Positions 1 through 12,826 of a stretch of 64,000 nt of DNA are shown here, piece by piece; the first letter of the stretch is position 1, and each line of letters starts with the position of its first letter. Source of the DNA: Lytechinus pictus. Taxonomy: Eukaryota. Under the pieces are notes generated by a model, which saw nothing but the letters and a program-made list of their open reading frames with translations, searched no databases and was not told where the DNA came from. A program made the position numbers and the translations under genes. The stretch covers positions 32,488,001 to 32,552,000 of the forward strand of contig NC_087246.1 in the NCBI RefSeq assembly GCF_037042905.1. Reading direction: 5' to 3'.

Positions 1-3000
1 TGCTTTCAATGACAGATGCAGCTGCCTTTAGACCAGCCAATTCTTCATTCAATCTATCCTTTTCCTCTCTGACGTTATCCACCTCCTTGATGAGCTCCTC
101 TGAAAGGTAACAAAAGATTAACAAAGCAATAGAAATTGTAATTTTTATCAGTATTTTCTTTGTTAAAGGATATTGGCTGGAATTACATATTTATAAAATT
201 TTGAGTTCAGATGAATGAGAAAGCAGCATTCTTCGACAAATGCCATGTCACTGTTATTCACTGTATTTCCGCATGGATCACTAAAAAAAGACATTTTAAA
301 TTTACACATTAATTTAGACATTGAGATGCCAATGGAAAATTCATGTGTCTAGACTATAAAGAAATGGCTGACATAAATAGGAAGTGGATATAAAACATAC
401 ATGATATTTCCTCCATAATACAAATAATATTGTTTGATAATAAATACAGCCAGTTGTCTTCATCTATTGGCCTATGCCCCCCCCCCCCCGAGTCCTTCAA
501 TACTCTTGCACTTTGTAGGTGAGCTGCCATGTACAGGAGTAAATCATTCAAGGAATATAATCCTACCGGATATCCATTTACAACTTTTGTACTTGTGTAT
601 CATTGTCAAAGTGTTAAAATATATTGTCAACTCATCCACTCAACACATGCTCTACCTTCATTAAGTGTAATGCCATTATGTCCACCAACATTTAGTCTAA
701 AAGCCTTTTGGTCCAACAACCAGTTGGTCCAATAATCACTTCGTGTAATCACCAGTCCATCTCTATGACCATTTTGTCTCATAACCAGTTGGTCTAATAC
801 CCATTTTCTTTTCATTAATATTTCGCCCAATTAACAATTAGTCCAATTAGACTAAATGGTATATGGACTTAATGGCATTTAGACCATGTGTAGGGACAGT
901 GATTTTCCGTTTCAAAAAATTGCCTTTTCCGTTTCAGAAAATCTCAAATTCCGTTTCAGCATGTCAGAAAACGGAAATTCCGTTTCCCCATAGACTTTGT
1001 ACACACAGAAAAGTGACAATTCCGTTTACACATTGAATAGCAAAATCACAACACGTACACTCGCACTGGTCAAAATTTGTATCTGCTACTGTACCAACAA
1101 CACAATAGAATCCGTTCTAATCGGATCTATGCGGGTGCATAAAATATTTTTACAAACCCATTTAGCATGCATACATCCTCACCTTTCACATTATTAGCAT
1201 TATTTCACCGTGAAATGATATTTCATCGATAATTTTTGGTTTTTTGGACATCGTTATCATCAGTCAACGGCTTTTGCCAATCCGCCATCTTGGATTTTAA
1301 GACCACGATATCGTGCTGTTACATCTTCAAACGTAGAGGGCAGCAACACACGACCGTGTAGTTGAACGATATGTGTGCATGTGAAGCCCAACCCGGCCGG
1401 CCGGGTACGGGTGAGGGGTACAATCGAGTGCAGTCACGATGTGTGAATTGTCATGATAGTAGCGAAGTGAGATCGTGTTTTCTGGGGTTTTGTGGCCATT
1501 CAATATTCTCATTTTGTTGTGATTTTGGAGTAATTTCTGTTGCTATTCTGTGTATTTTGAGGGAAAATACGTTTTCCGTGATTTTCCGTTTGAAATGCCA
1601 CTTCCCGTTTCAAAAGGCCCTTTCCGTGAATTCCGTCCGTTTTCCGCGATCGCGGAAAATCACTGTCCCTACATGTCGTTAGTGGCGAACTAATGGTAGA
1701 CCAAATAATAGTAGACGAGTCGAGTTGGTGATTGGATGACTTGGTATCAGACCAAATAGACATTAATAAACCCTCAAGGACAGCAGATATGCAATAGATG
1801 AATTACCTTGATTGCTTGTTCAATTAGAGTTTTGTTGTCTTTCATGTCAGGATGCCAAACATTAAATTATGGGGTATTATAAATCAACAGTTGTATAATT
1901 AGGCAATCTTCATGTATTGTTCTTTGAATAATTTACAACCTACCATGATGATCATATGATACACTTACGTGTACAAGACTTTCTGATAATTAGTCATTAA
2001 AAAATGGGAATAGAAAGGAGGAAACCAGGAATGGATTAAGGGGATGCACCCCATAAAATTTCAACCACAAGAAGAAGGAAAAAAAAACTAAAATGCCTTT
2101 GTTTGGGGCCAATGATCTTCACTTTTATTTGATTTTTTTTTCTTTGGCCTTTGGTCAATATTTTGTGTGTAAAAGCCCATTATTTGTTGGTGACAACCTT
2201 CTTTTTTCTTCTTTGCACCCCTTGAAAATAATCCTGGATCCGAAGCTGGAAACTTGGTTAGGTTTGACATTATTATGGCACTTCCTCTTGGAACCTCGTG
2301 AGCTGGATAAGGAATATAGGTCTGGGTTTTCTTGCCTATGATTACATGTACATGCATTGTCCCCAATTTAATAATTTATTGTGAGATCAGGGGAGTGTTT
2401 CATGAAAGTACTTGTCGGACAAAACATCCGACAAGTCCAGCTTTATCTGACAGTTACCATAGTAATGGTGGTTCATAGCCAATCAAAATCAAGGAAAGTT
2501 GTCAGATCTGACAACTTGTCGGACAAAAATGTTGATGAAACGCTCTCCAGGCCTTACAATTGTATATACAAGGCCATTTTTCTTCAGGGCAAATTCTATA
2601 TTACAGCAGAAATTGAAATATTTGTAATAAAAAGGGCACAACAAAATATCTGAGGCCAATCAATATGAAATCCAAGGTCATGGCCTTTGGGGCCAGCCTT
2701 GGATGAATTCAAATAATAAGAGATACATCAGTGATATGTCCTCTACCCTGTCATTTATTCAGAGTTCAATATCACAATGATCCCATTTTGTCTCATCTCA
2801 TTCCAATGTCCTCTCATCTTTTCAAAAATCTGACTACCCCTCTTTCATCTAAAGAGCTTATTTTCATTTCAATGTTTCCATTTCCTCTTATTTAACATGA
2901 ATGATGAGACATGATTGTACAGTAGGCCTTTTTCTAAATTGAACATTGAAACTTACGTTCTCTGGACAAGTAGAGTTCTTTGAATTTTGCTCTCTTTTGA

Positions 3001-5182
3001 GCAAAGTCTTCCTCTTGAAGTTTCTTTTCTTGCAGGACTGCCTGTAGAGAAGACTCCAGATCACCTACCCTTTGCTGGACACTGAGTACTTCCCCTGGAA
3101 AGATTTAAAGTTAGATAAGAAATGTATACACTGGTTGGTCAAAGTGTTACAAAGTGGTAAACAAACAGTAAAACCTACATGCATGACTGTAGGCCTACTT
3201 AAAAAAAATAGACTGAATTGGGAGGGATTGTCGACTCGGAGAACCACCTTACAATCTTTAACACTAAAAGTTCAACCAAAAAATGTATTTTTGAATAATG
3301 GCATACAACGCTTTGTTAAAAATAAAAGATTTACATTGTTGATTTTAAAACATAAAAATGTCAGAGGAATATGCTGGTTTAATCATCAGAGGAAAAAGAA
3401 GCAAAAACTCTAAAAATTCTAATACAAAAATGATTTGAGTAGACTGTCTGAAACAAATTTCAGTGGCAACTTCATTTGTCTGATAGGAAAATAACACACC
3501 CTGACTTTAGACAGAAATTTGATCCGCTCAAAACCCACAATTTACGTCAGCCAAATTGATTTTTTTTATTTTTCATATACATGTAGTTTGATAAAGCAGA
3601 ACATTAGTCATTATAAATGCCTCAACTAAAACCTAAATTTCTACCTGATTCAACAATTCTCAGTTTACCTGGAAAGTACTGTAGGCCTACTACCGGTATA
3701 CATTTCTGCCACAGATACACTCCAATGGTACATGTACATGTAGGTAACACACAAATTGATGAACAAACTTGCAGCATTATTACAATGAATTTCTATTGAA
3801 CTCTACTATTTCTGAAAATTCTTACTCAATTTCTGATCAAACTGGAGAAATGACTGTGAAATGACTAAAAGAGCTGTGGAGATCAGAAAAAAAACTTGAC
3901 CTCATGCCAATTTAGCTCAACAGGGGCCAACCACAATTCTATGTACAGGGAATAATTTTGCGAACCAAAATTCATTGGCATATTTTAAGGCTGAACATTG
4001 TTATTTGTTGTTAAGAGGCTCTCAATAATGTTCTTTACAGTCCTATGTAAAAAAAAAATCTGCTACACAAAATAAGACCTTTTGCAATTTGTGGTCTTTA
4101 TTGCCTATTGACTAATTGAGTACTTTTTTTGTCAGGCTTTGATAATCATTTTGGGGTAAAAAAAGGGGAGCTGGATTAGTTTAATTTGATCATCTACCAA
4201 CAGGAAATTGTTTTTTAATTAAGGCCTAGTTTACATTTAGGTTTGGGGAAGGGTGACTACTTCAATTCATCATGCCGGCTCATGCCTTTGTTCGTCCAAG
4301 GTCAAGCATCTAAAAATTATACCCCAACTTGGACATAAATAAATGGCGCAATGCCCGCATGACCTTGTTGTTAAGTAGGCAACTTCAGGTGGATATTAGG
4401 AAAGGCTTTTCCAGCATGTTTTATATGCTCACAATGAGGCCCAATATCTACGATTCACAAAACTGTTTGAATTTTCACCCAGAATTCGCAACTGAATAAG
4501 TGCCTATGTTTATGTTAAGTTGATTTCTACTTTACAAAAAAAAAATTTGCATAAAATTTGTCAAAAAATAACCCCTTTTCTCAAATTTCAAGCATTTAAT
4601 TGTCATTGACATTGCAATTGATTTAAATGTCAGAGACCCAGACTGAGGCAGAGTCAAGAGTCTCGTCATTCTAAACTTTTTGGGCTCGCATTTTGCAACA
4701 TAAAAGTTCATCGATATCATCATTTCATGTTTAAACTTAAAGTTAGGCCTACTCTATGCTACTTGCTAGTTCTAACATTAGGCTTTCTCGCTCTCCAAGC
4801 ATTAGACTATGTAACGTGTCGTTAGTGAACTACGTCTATGTCACAGACCAAAATAATGCTGCGAATTTGACATGGCTGTGTGCGTCACAGGACGCCACAG
4901 GACGCACTGCTATTACCAGCGCATGAAAACTTGTACGTACACATATCCCATGTCATTGGCACAATTCTGTGATACAATAATACGAATCACACAGGAGCTA
5001 AATCCCCGATCCCCGGGTATAGCATATGTATGCGCATGATGGGAGTGGACACAGACTGGACAGAGATGCTCCCGTGATATTGAAAAAATAATAATAATAA
5101 TAATTGACAAGGGGCTACTCCTTAACTCACCTTCGATATCCATGTGGCGTGCTGGAAAAGTATTTTGATCGTGACTTGACAT
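1..5182 (-). CDS. RABEP1: Rab GTPase-binding effector protein 1 (Rabaptin-5) homologue, first three coding exons; gene continues beyond window start
   Basis: Exons 5182-5131 (MSSHDQNTFPARHMDIE/G, donor GTGAGT), 3094-2957 (EVLSVQQRVGDLESSLQAVLQEKKLQEEDFAQKRAKFKELYLSRE/Q, TTCCAG acceptor, GTAAGT donor) and 99-1 (ELIKEVDNVREEKDRLNEELAGLKAAASVIES, TTTCAG acceptor). Both introns are phase 1 and the exons join in frame. QKRAKFKELYL matches the Rabaptin-5 N-terminal coiled coil. The exon 1 start codon is less certain (alternative ATG at 5143). Confidence 0.88.
891..1671. mobile_element. Non-autonomous hAT-like DNA transposon
   Basis: Perfect 19-bp TIRs TAGGGACAGTGATTTTCCG / CGGAAAATCACTGTCCCTA, with subterminal TTCCGTTT repeats. 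Flanks are CATGTG / CATGTC (6 bp, 1 mismatch). It interrupts an older GGTCYAA/AGACCAA-module repeat (~690-890 and 1678-1772). Confidence 0.8.
2391..2547. mobile_element. PIF/Harbinger-like MITE
   Basis: Imperfect TIRs GGGAGTGTTTCATGAA / TTGATGAAACGCTCTC with CAG on both sides (CWG-type 3-bp TSD) and internal TTGTCGGACAA repeats. Confidence 0.65.
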
Positions 5183-5351
5183 TGCAACAGCAGCTACGTT
5201 GTACACGACGAGACTCTAAAAGGAAAATTTGATCACTCCCTTTTTGTCCATCCGGAGTGCCGATAGGCGATACGGTATACGCGAATAGCGAAGATGGATT
5301 AATAAATGCATATGCAGTGCATGCAGTGCAGTGCTAACTGCTGCCAATCTA

Positions 5352-5593
5352 CACTGCAAAAACTCTGGTGTTGATTTAACACCAGCCCGGAATCTATATA
5401 TGTCCACACCAGAGAAGTATTGAAACAACACCAGTGTGGAATCAAACCGATGCTGTTTTGATACTAATTGGTGCTGTATAAACACCTAACTAGTGTTAAA
5501 CCGAAACGAAACTGGTTTTGTTCAACACTTCTCTGGTGTGGACATATATAGATTCCGGGCTGGTGTTAAATCAACACCAGAGTTTTTGCAGTG
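5352..5593. mobile_element. Palindromic TA-flanked MITE (family A, copy 1)
   Basis: TA|CACTGCAAAAACTCTGGTGTTGATTTAACACCAGCCCGGAATC...|TA with inverted arms of about 70 bp. A near-identical copy is at 30162-30402. Confidence 0.9.
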
Positions 5594-5794
5594 TACTGTA
5601 CATTTTTAGTATCATAAATATCAGAATCTCAGATACATACAAAATATATTCTATTTCTATCTTTTGAAGTAAACTTTGATTTGATACACTTAAAAACATT
5701 AAAACTAAATTTTCAAAGAAGTTTGGTAACTATAGTAGGCCTACAACACGTTAAATTATTGACTTCCGTAGGAGTTTTTCGCTATTGTACGTTG

Positions 5795-7158
5795 CACAGT
5801 GAATGAAATCCTTGTCATTAGCACCAAATTTCGTATAAAGTTACTTCAGCACCTAAATATTTAAAGTATGCAAAAATTAACATGGGTTGATGATGAGCTT
5901 GATTATTTTCTATTGAGCTTTGAAGTATACCCATTTTTAAGGTTTTGGAAAATACGCAATAAAAATAATTTTGAATTTTACCACAACAAGATCACAGCGT
6001 TGAGTTTAAACCCGCGATGGTTACTCAGTCAAAATCTAACATGAACACTGTAATTCGGAATTCAATAGAATAGAATCCACTCATACTGCTATTCGTTTGG
6101 TCTTCAAAGAGTATAGCAGCACCTATAGCTTCGATTTAAAAGAAAAAGGTGTGAATGACGACAAAAATATATCAAAAAAGGGACAAAAACCCATCATCAT
6201 TTTCACCAAACTTTCACCAAACTAGTCATAGTTGTGTAGATAAAGGTACAATATACTAAAGAGATGTGAACATTAAAAATTGGGGGTTCATGTGCTTGTT
6301 TTCAAACTACCGGCACTTTTGTTGGAGCAAATGTGCTTCAGAACTCAAAACAGCGGCGTTAACTTGAAATGCTTGTATCCGAGAAAAAGAAAATTTCTGC
6401 ACCGCTATTCCATTTACCAAACTCGACTGACTCATAATGATTCGTCATATTCAGCACTGCAGGGCCTATTCTGAATTGACGTAGAAAAAAAGGTGGTCCA
6501 TAGATTATTTTCAGCTAATAGCTTCATAAAATAACACATCGAGATTTGTTGTAGAATTTTTAAAAGCAATTTTGCTCCAACAAAAGTACTGATAGCTTTT
6601 TAAAACAAGCACATGAACCCCTAATTTCTAATGTTCATACATCTTTAGTATACCTTCCTCTACAATAATGCAACATTAATTTGGTGAAAATGACATGGGT
6701 TTTGAATAAAGTGCATCATTCATTGTACTTCTTTTTTTTGTACATGCATTTTGAATATTTTAGAAGTTTTGCCGTTAACACCTTATTTTCAAGATGTAAG
6801 GTGGTGATACTCTTGAAAGAGAAAACAAATGGCAATATGAGTGAAATCTTTATCTTAAGTATGTAATTCTGAATTATAATGTAAAATTTGAGGGAATTTA
6901 GATAGATTTTGACTGCATGAGTAATAGAGGCATAAACTCAACGTTGTGATCATAGTCGTGGGGTCTAAAAATGCAAAATTTATTTTTATTGCGTATCATT
7001 TTCTCGAGACCTTTTAAACGGGTGAACTTCATAGCTCGATATATCAATTAATCATGCACATGAACCCATTTTGGGGGGCATATTTCGAATACCTAGGTGC
7101 AAAAGTATAACTCTGTGCAAAATTTGGTGAAAATGACATGGTTGTCATTTTAACTGTG
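5795..7158. repeat. Large degenerate inverted-repeat (foldback) element
   Basis: 5795-~6130 is an imperfect reverse complement of ~6790-7158, and ~6190-6335 of ~6568-6700 (e.g. GGGTTCATGTGCTTGTTTT vs AAAACAAGCACATGAACCC; TTTTGTTGGAGCAAA vs TTTGCTCCAACAAAAG). No TSD found. Confidence 0.65.
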
Positions 7159-7331
7159 GATTCATAGAGATTTCCCATACATAATAATGATAGTAATACT
7201 TTCATAGTGTTATTGTTGTTGTTCTTTACGGCGTTTCATTATTTTTATCATTTTTAAACAGAAGTTCCCTTTTCCCCACTCAACATTTTTTTTGGTCACA
7301 TTGTAATAGCAGACTAAAAGATGATTACTCT

Positions 7332-10043
7332 GGTATCAGGACAACTACCCCCTGGAAAATCACCCCCCGGACAACTACCCCCCGGACAATTACCCCCGGA
7401 CAACTACCCCCGGACAATTACCCCCCGGACAACTACCCCCGGACAATTACCCCCCGGACAATAACCCCCCGGACAACTACCCCTGGACAATTACCCCCGG
7501 ACAATTACACCCCGGACAATTACCCCCCGGACAACTACCCCCTAGACAAAGAGAGTGCACAGAGTCATACGTCGGCCGTACGTTTGACGTAAGAAGTACT
7601 CAAGGCATTCTCGAGTATCTTGGAATCAAACGTAAGCCGTAAGAAAGCTGTAAAATTGAGCTCCATCCATAGGCGGATCCAGGGGGGCCGAGGGGCCCGC
7701 CCTCCCCCCCCCCTATTGGCAGAGCAAACAAATGAAAAAAAGGGGGAAAGAAAGGAAAAAAGAAAAAGAAGGGAAAAGAAAGGAGGAAAAATAAGATGAG
7801 AGAGACGAGTGAAAAAAAAAGGTCAGGGGATGTCTTGGAAAATGATTAAAAAATATATTTCATGTCACTGTATTAATTTTTTCACTCGCCCTTCGCGCTC
7901 GCATAGCCTGTTCGATCAGATACACATCTTGTTAAATAGGCTGATATGTAGCTTAAAATATCAAGTTTTGAAGTCGATATTACAAAGCATATTTCAGCTC
8001 GGACATTATTCATTATTTTGTTTGATTTACAAACTGATTTTTAAGTGCTCTGTTTAATGTCCGTTTTATGGTGTGAATATAACTTGCAGCTTGCGCTATG
8101 CGCTCGCATTATTTGATTTGCCAAATTATATAACAAACTACTTAAAACCCCCCTTTTATGACAGTTTACCAAAAATTATGTCTCACGATTTGCGCTCGCA
8201 TTTTTGTTAAAAATATATCAACTCACAAATCCTATTCATGATTACAAAAGTGCTTAAAATATCCAGTTTTCAGGCCTCAGTGTCAACACATTTTACTCAC
8301 TCATTTAGGCTTATTACATTAATAAATATGATAATAAAATTTTCATGAATTCCCAATGACTAAATTGTCCCTTTTCAGAAAAGAATATCTACAATATCAC
8401 AGTTTTTTATGTTTCATATCGCGCTCAGGAAGAGGAATGAGAAAGTTGTCATCATTTTCATATGATGACAAAATGTCCTTAGACCTAGAATGTCCAGGTC
8501 CTAGGTCAAAATAATAATGAAGATATCAGCTCGCGCTTCACACTCGCATCATTTATTAAGTGCTTTCCACATCCACTTCACAATTTCCCTACACAATGCT
8601 TTAGATAGTGCTCAAATTCACCATTTTCATACCGGAATATCAAGTATTTTCCGCTCGCGCTTCGCGCTCGCATTGCTTTTTCGATGAGATTAATATATTG
8701 CTCAATAAAGGCTGATATGGAGCTTAAAATATCAAGTTTCGAAGTCAATATACAAAACATATTTCATCTCGGATATTGAGCTTTCATTATTTTTAAATTT
8801 ACAAATTGATTTTTCAAGTGCTCTGTAAAATGTCCGTTTTATGGTCTAAATATTAATATTTTCAGCTCACGCTGCTCGGTCGCATTATTTGATTTGCATA
8901 GGCCTACTTCTTTATAAATTCTTACAAACCGTCCTTAAAATGCACCTTAAATGAATTGTATACTATCATGATTGCCAATTTGTATAGAAAAAAACACTGT
9001 ATTTGATTATGTCATATTGTTTACCATTTAGTAAATTTGGTACTTAATTTCCATCTTTGATGTTTAATTGCTTTCACCCAAGAATAATACACACAAAAAC
9101 ACCTTGTAATTTACAAGGTGTTCTTGTGTGTATTATCTTTGCATAAAGTTTTTTAGCTTACTGTATTAAGTTATAAGGCCACATTTTAATCTGGAATGTG
9201 CACCAACTGTTTTATAATTCTTAGCTTCTTGTTAGTTGAACTGTTTTAAAATAACAGATTTATAGGTCTACTTGATAGTGTTGATAGTTGCGTTATCGAC
9301 TTTCAATATTTCTACCTATGAAGGTGTCTTTTTTTACGTTTTATCTATTTGCCTGATTCTTTCATGAAATTAAACCCAAAATAAATATTTTAAAAAATCA
9401 GATCATTTGGAATCAGAGATATTCAGCATTTGTGATTATTATGACTAATCGTGTTCAATTGTTCTATGAAAACTTAGAATGAGGGCCAGTTTACAAATTT
9501 TCTGATGTATATATGCATAGCCAAACGGGAGGTTTCGGGTGCAAGCCCCCCCCCCCCATTTTTCATGATGCAGAAGGCGCCGCTAAACAAAAACAAAAAA
9601 GGAAAAAAGAAGAAAGTGAAAGAACAGGAGAAAGAGCAATATAAAAGAGAAAGAAAAAGTTATAAACGTAAGATAAAGTAGAAAATATTTCGGAAACCTG
9701 TGCCACCGACCAAAACTAACAATGGGTCCCGCTTAATTCTAACATTGATGCTGGAGAGAAGGGGGAATTTTCTGAACGTAATTGTCCGGGGGGGGGGTAA
9801 TTGTCCGGGGGTAGTTGTCCGGGGGTAGTTGTCCGGGGGGTAGTTGTCCGGGGGGGTAGTTGTCCGGGGGGGTAATTGTCCGGGGGTCATTGTCCGGGGG
9901 GTAGTTGTCCTCGGGGGGTAGTTGTCCTCGAGGGGGTAATTGTTCAGGGGGTAATTGTCCGGGGGGTAATCGTCCTCGGGGGTAATTGTCCGGGGGGTAG
10001 TTGTCCGGGGGGTGATTGTCCAGGGGGTAGTTGTCCTAGAACC
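7332..10043. mobile_element. Foldback/Mutator-like element with minisatellite arms (GGACAAYTACCCCCC)n
   Basis: Left arm 7339-7546 and inverted right arm 9779-10036. Termini are GGTATCAGGAC...GTCCTAGAACC. Exact 9-bp TSD GATTACTCT at 7323-7331 and 10044-10052. Confidence 0.88.
7668..8940 (-). mobile_element. Truncated copy of the GCGAAGC-repeat hAT family, nested in the foldback element
   Basis: Starts CATAGGCGGATCCAGGGGGG and is a reverse-complement homologue of ~23900-25080, with repeated CGCGCTTCGCGCTCGC motifs. The right boundary is approximate. Confidence 0.75.
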
Positions 10044-10189
10044 GATTACTCTATCTCAAATGCTCCTCCTTGCTTCTATTGCTTCAATGTTTGTTTCTTT
10101 TTACATATATCTTAATGTGTATTAATGAAATTTAAATCCATTTTAACATGTTAATAATAATCATTGTAAACGACATCATCAACCGGTGA

Positions 10190-12826
10190 TGAAATAACAT
10201 TTTGGCTATCCCTATATCAATACGGATTTCGTAGTGACCACTCAACAGAACTAGCTCTTTTCGAATTAACAAATACTATAATTGACTCCTTTGAGCACGA
10301 CTCATTCACAATAGGGATATCTATTGACTTGTCAAAGGCGTTTGACACAATTAATCATAATTATATTTTTATCAAAACTAACTAACTATGGTATTCGTGG
10401 AACTGCCCTCGACCTTTTTTCAAGTTACATCTCAAATCGTAAACAATGCACCGTTTATAACTCCGTTCAGTCTGAATTTAGGACAATTGAATGTGGAGTA
10501 CCACAAGGGTCATTACTTGGCCCACTTTTGTTTATTTTATTTATTAATGACATTTATCGTTCGTCAAATCTCCTTTCCTTTATCATGTACGCCGACGATA
10601 CCAATATTGTTTATTCTGATAGAAATCTTTATCACTTGTGTGAAACTGTAAATACTGAACTAACAAATGTTTGTAAATGGTTTTGTGCAAACAAGCTTAC
10701 CATTAACTATAAAAAATGCAATTACATTATATTCCGTAACTCCACAAGGCGCATTGATCTTAATCATGTAGTGGTAAAACTTAACAACCAAATTATTCCC
10801 AGAGTTGAAAATACTAGGTTTCTTGGCGTTATCATTGATAGTAATTTAACATGGATACATCACATAAATGAAATTGAGAACAAAGTTGCAAAAAATATCA
10901 GAATAATGCATCGCCTAAGTTTTTACTTGCCTAAAACTGAATTGCGTACATTATATTGCTCTTTAATCTTGCCATATTTTTATTACTGTAATTTGGTCTG
11001 GGCGAACACATACCAAACCCATTTTAAGAAATTATGTTCCCTTCAAAATAAAATTGTGCGTATTATTTCTCCAGATGACAATATACCACTAGCAAATACT
11101 AAAAATTTGTTCATTCCCTAAAATTGTTGAAATTAGACGACATCAATAAACTTCAACAATGTCATTTTCTCTACAGGTGTTTAAATCATCAAATTCCACA
11201 TAAATTTCGTGATTTGTTTACGCATGTTTCCAACATACATTATTTTGATACCCGCTCAAATAATAAAATATTTATTCCCAAACATAAAAAAATAATCTTC
11301 CAACACAACATTCGTTATACTGGCCCCAAAATATGGAACGAAATTCCGGATTACATAAAACAATCTCTATCGTCAACTAGCTTTAAGTATAAAATGAAAA
11401 AACTGCTTCTGTCATTTCATATATAAATATTTTCCACCTTACGTTTCCTTTTGACTTTAAGTTAACATGAACCATGGACAATTGTTGTTGCGGCATTTAT
11501 AATTTGCCCCCACTGATACATTTGTTGAGCACTCTATTTCATACAGTAATTCATGCCCGCCTCCCCGCTCACGTCTCCCTCTCTCGTTCCCTTTCCTTCT
11601 CTTCTTTTCTCTGCCCTTTCCTTTGTATCGTTTTTTGTCGCATTGTATTTTTGCAGAGACTCCAACACTCCCGCTTTCAGCGGGAGATCTCCCGCCGAAA
11701 GCCCTTTTTGGCAAAATCTCCCGTTCTCCCGCTTGAGATTTTATATCTCCCGCCCAGTCCCTGTGTCTCCCCGGTGTCTCCCGCATAAGATGTATTTTCT
11801 CCCGCTTTAAATGATCTTTCTCCCGCCCAAACACCTTTTAAAAACCGGAAATATATTTTCTTATCCAAGCCGATATTCAAGTTAAGACTTAAGTAGAGCG
11901 TCAAGTCTCTCCTATTGGCGCGCCCCGCTGTGGCGCTTGGAGCAATCGTACTCCAGAGATAATAAAGTATTGAGACAAGATGGATGGGCATATCAACTTT
12001 AAGGCCGTGAGGTAGTATGTCTTCACTGGTTGATACGGATAAAGGTATCACAAAAATGAATGACTTTGTAGATGTTTATCAATTTCATATGCATGCCTGA
12101 ATAATGATATATGAAAAGTTTTATTAAGTTTTATCAAGCCAAAATGTATGATTTGATTCATTCAATTGTTAATTACTTGGTACCCTCCTAGGTTGTACAG
12201 ATTGGGGGGGGGGGGCAATAAATAAAGAAAGAAAGAAAAAAAAAAGAGAGAAAAGGAACGACAGTAGGGTGAGATATGATATTATTATTTGTTAATATGA
12301 TTTCAAAATCTTTGACAAAATTGGATATCTGAAATAAAACATAAAAAATTCGCTCGCTCGCAACTGTTTATCAATTTTACGCGATATGCCATATCTAGCC
12401 TCTTCGTTTTTTTTGCTCATTACGCCACTGGTGCCATCATATAAAAAATTAGCCTGAGATAGCATAAGAGAGCATCTAGAACCCTAGAGCTTCCTGGGCC
12501 TAGTGGGCCCAGGATCCCGGCCGCAAGGGACTTCGCGCTCGTGATGTGCGCGAAACGCACATCAAATTAGAGTCTCCAGTTTGCTAGGGGATCCAGGCGG
12601 GAGAATATCCAGATCAGAAGGTGCTTGGGGTTGGAGTCTCTGTTTTTGTCTATAGGCGTATCCCGCCACAAGCCTCGGCTTTTAGGGTATACGCCTTCTT
12701 CTTTAAACCAAACATGTACATATTTATATTCCTCATAACAATTTGATTTTTGTATGAATTAATGTTTATGAAAATTGTTTTGAAGTGGAAGCAAATAAAT
12801 GTTTATTTGAATTGAATTGAATTGAA
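10190..12826 (+). mobile_element. 5'-truncated L2/Crack-type LINE (RT remnant with frameshifts, 3' UTR and tail)
   Basis: QYGFR..STELAL, DLSKAFDT, GVPQGSLLGPLLF, YADDT and FLGVIID motifs, with frameshifts near 10360 and 11120 and a stop at 11426. AATAAA and an (ATTGA)n tail at ~12794-12826. The 3' UTR is interrupted by a TIR element. Confidence 0.9.
11654..12642. mobile_element. Non-autonomous TIR transposon (hAT-like, 6-bp TSD) inserted in the LINE 3' UTR
   Basis: TIRs CAGAGACTCCAAC / GTTGGAGTCTCTG, exact flanking repeat TTTTTG on both sides, subterminal TCTCCCGC repeats. Confidence 0.8.

Noticed and set aside
7339-7546. Regular short repeats here and at 9779-10036, 35850-36300, 47327-47966 and 61716-62010 as CRISPR arrays
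   Set aside because: The units are contiguous with no unique spacers, there are no cas genes, and the context is eukaryotic. They are arms of TSD-flanked foldback elements.
9660-10115. Pro/Thr- and Gly/Cys-rich ORFs
   Set aside because: Translations of the minisatellite arm.
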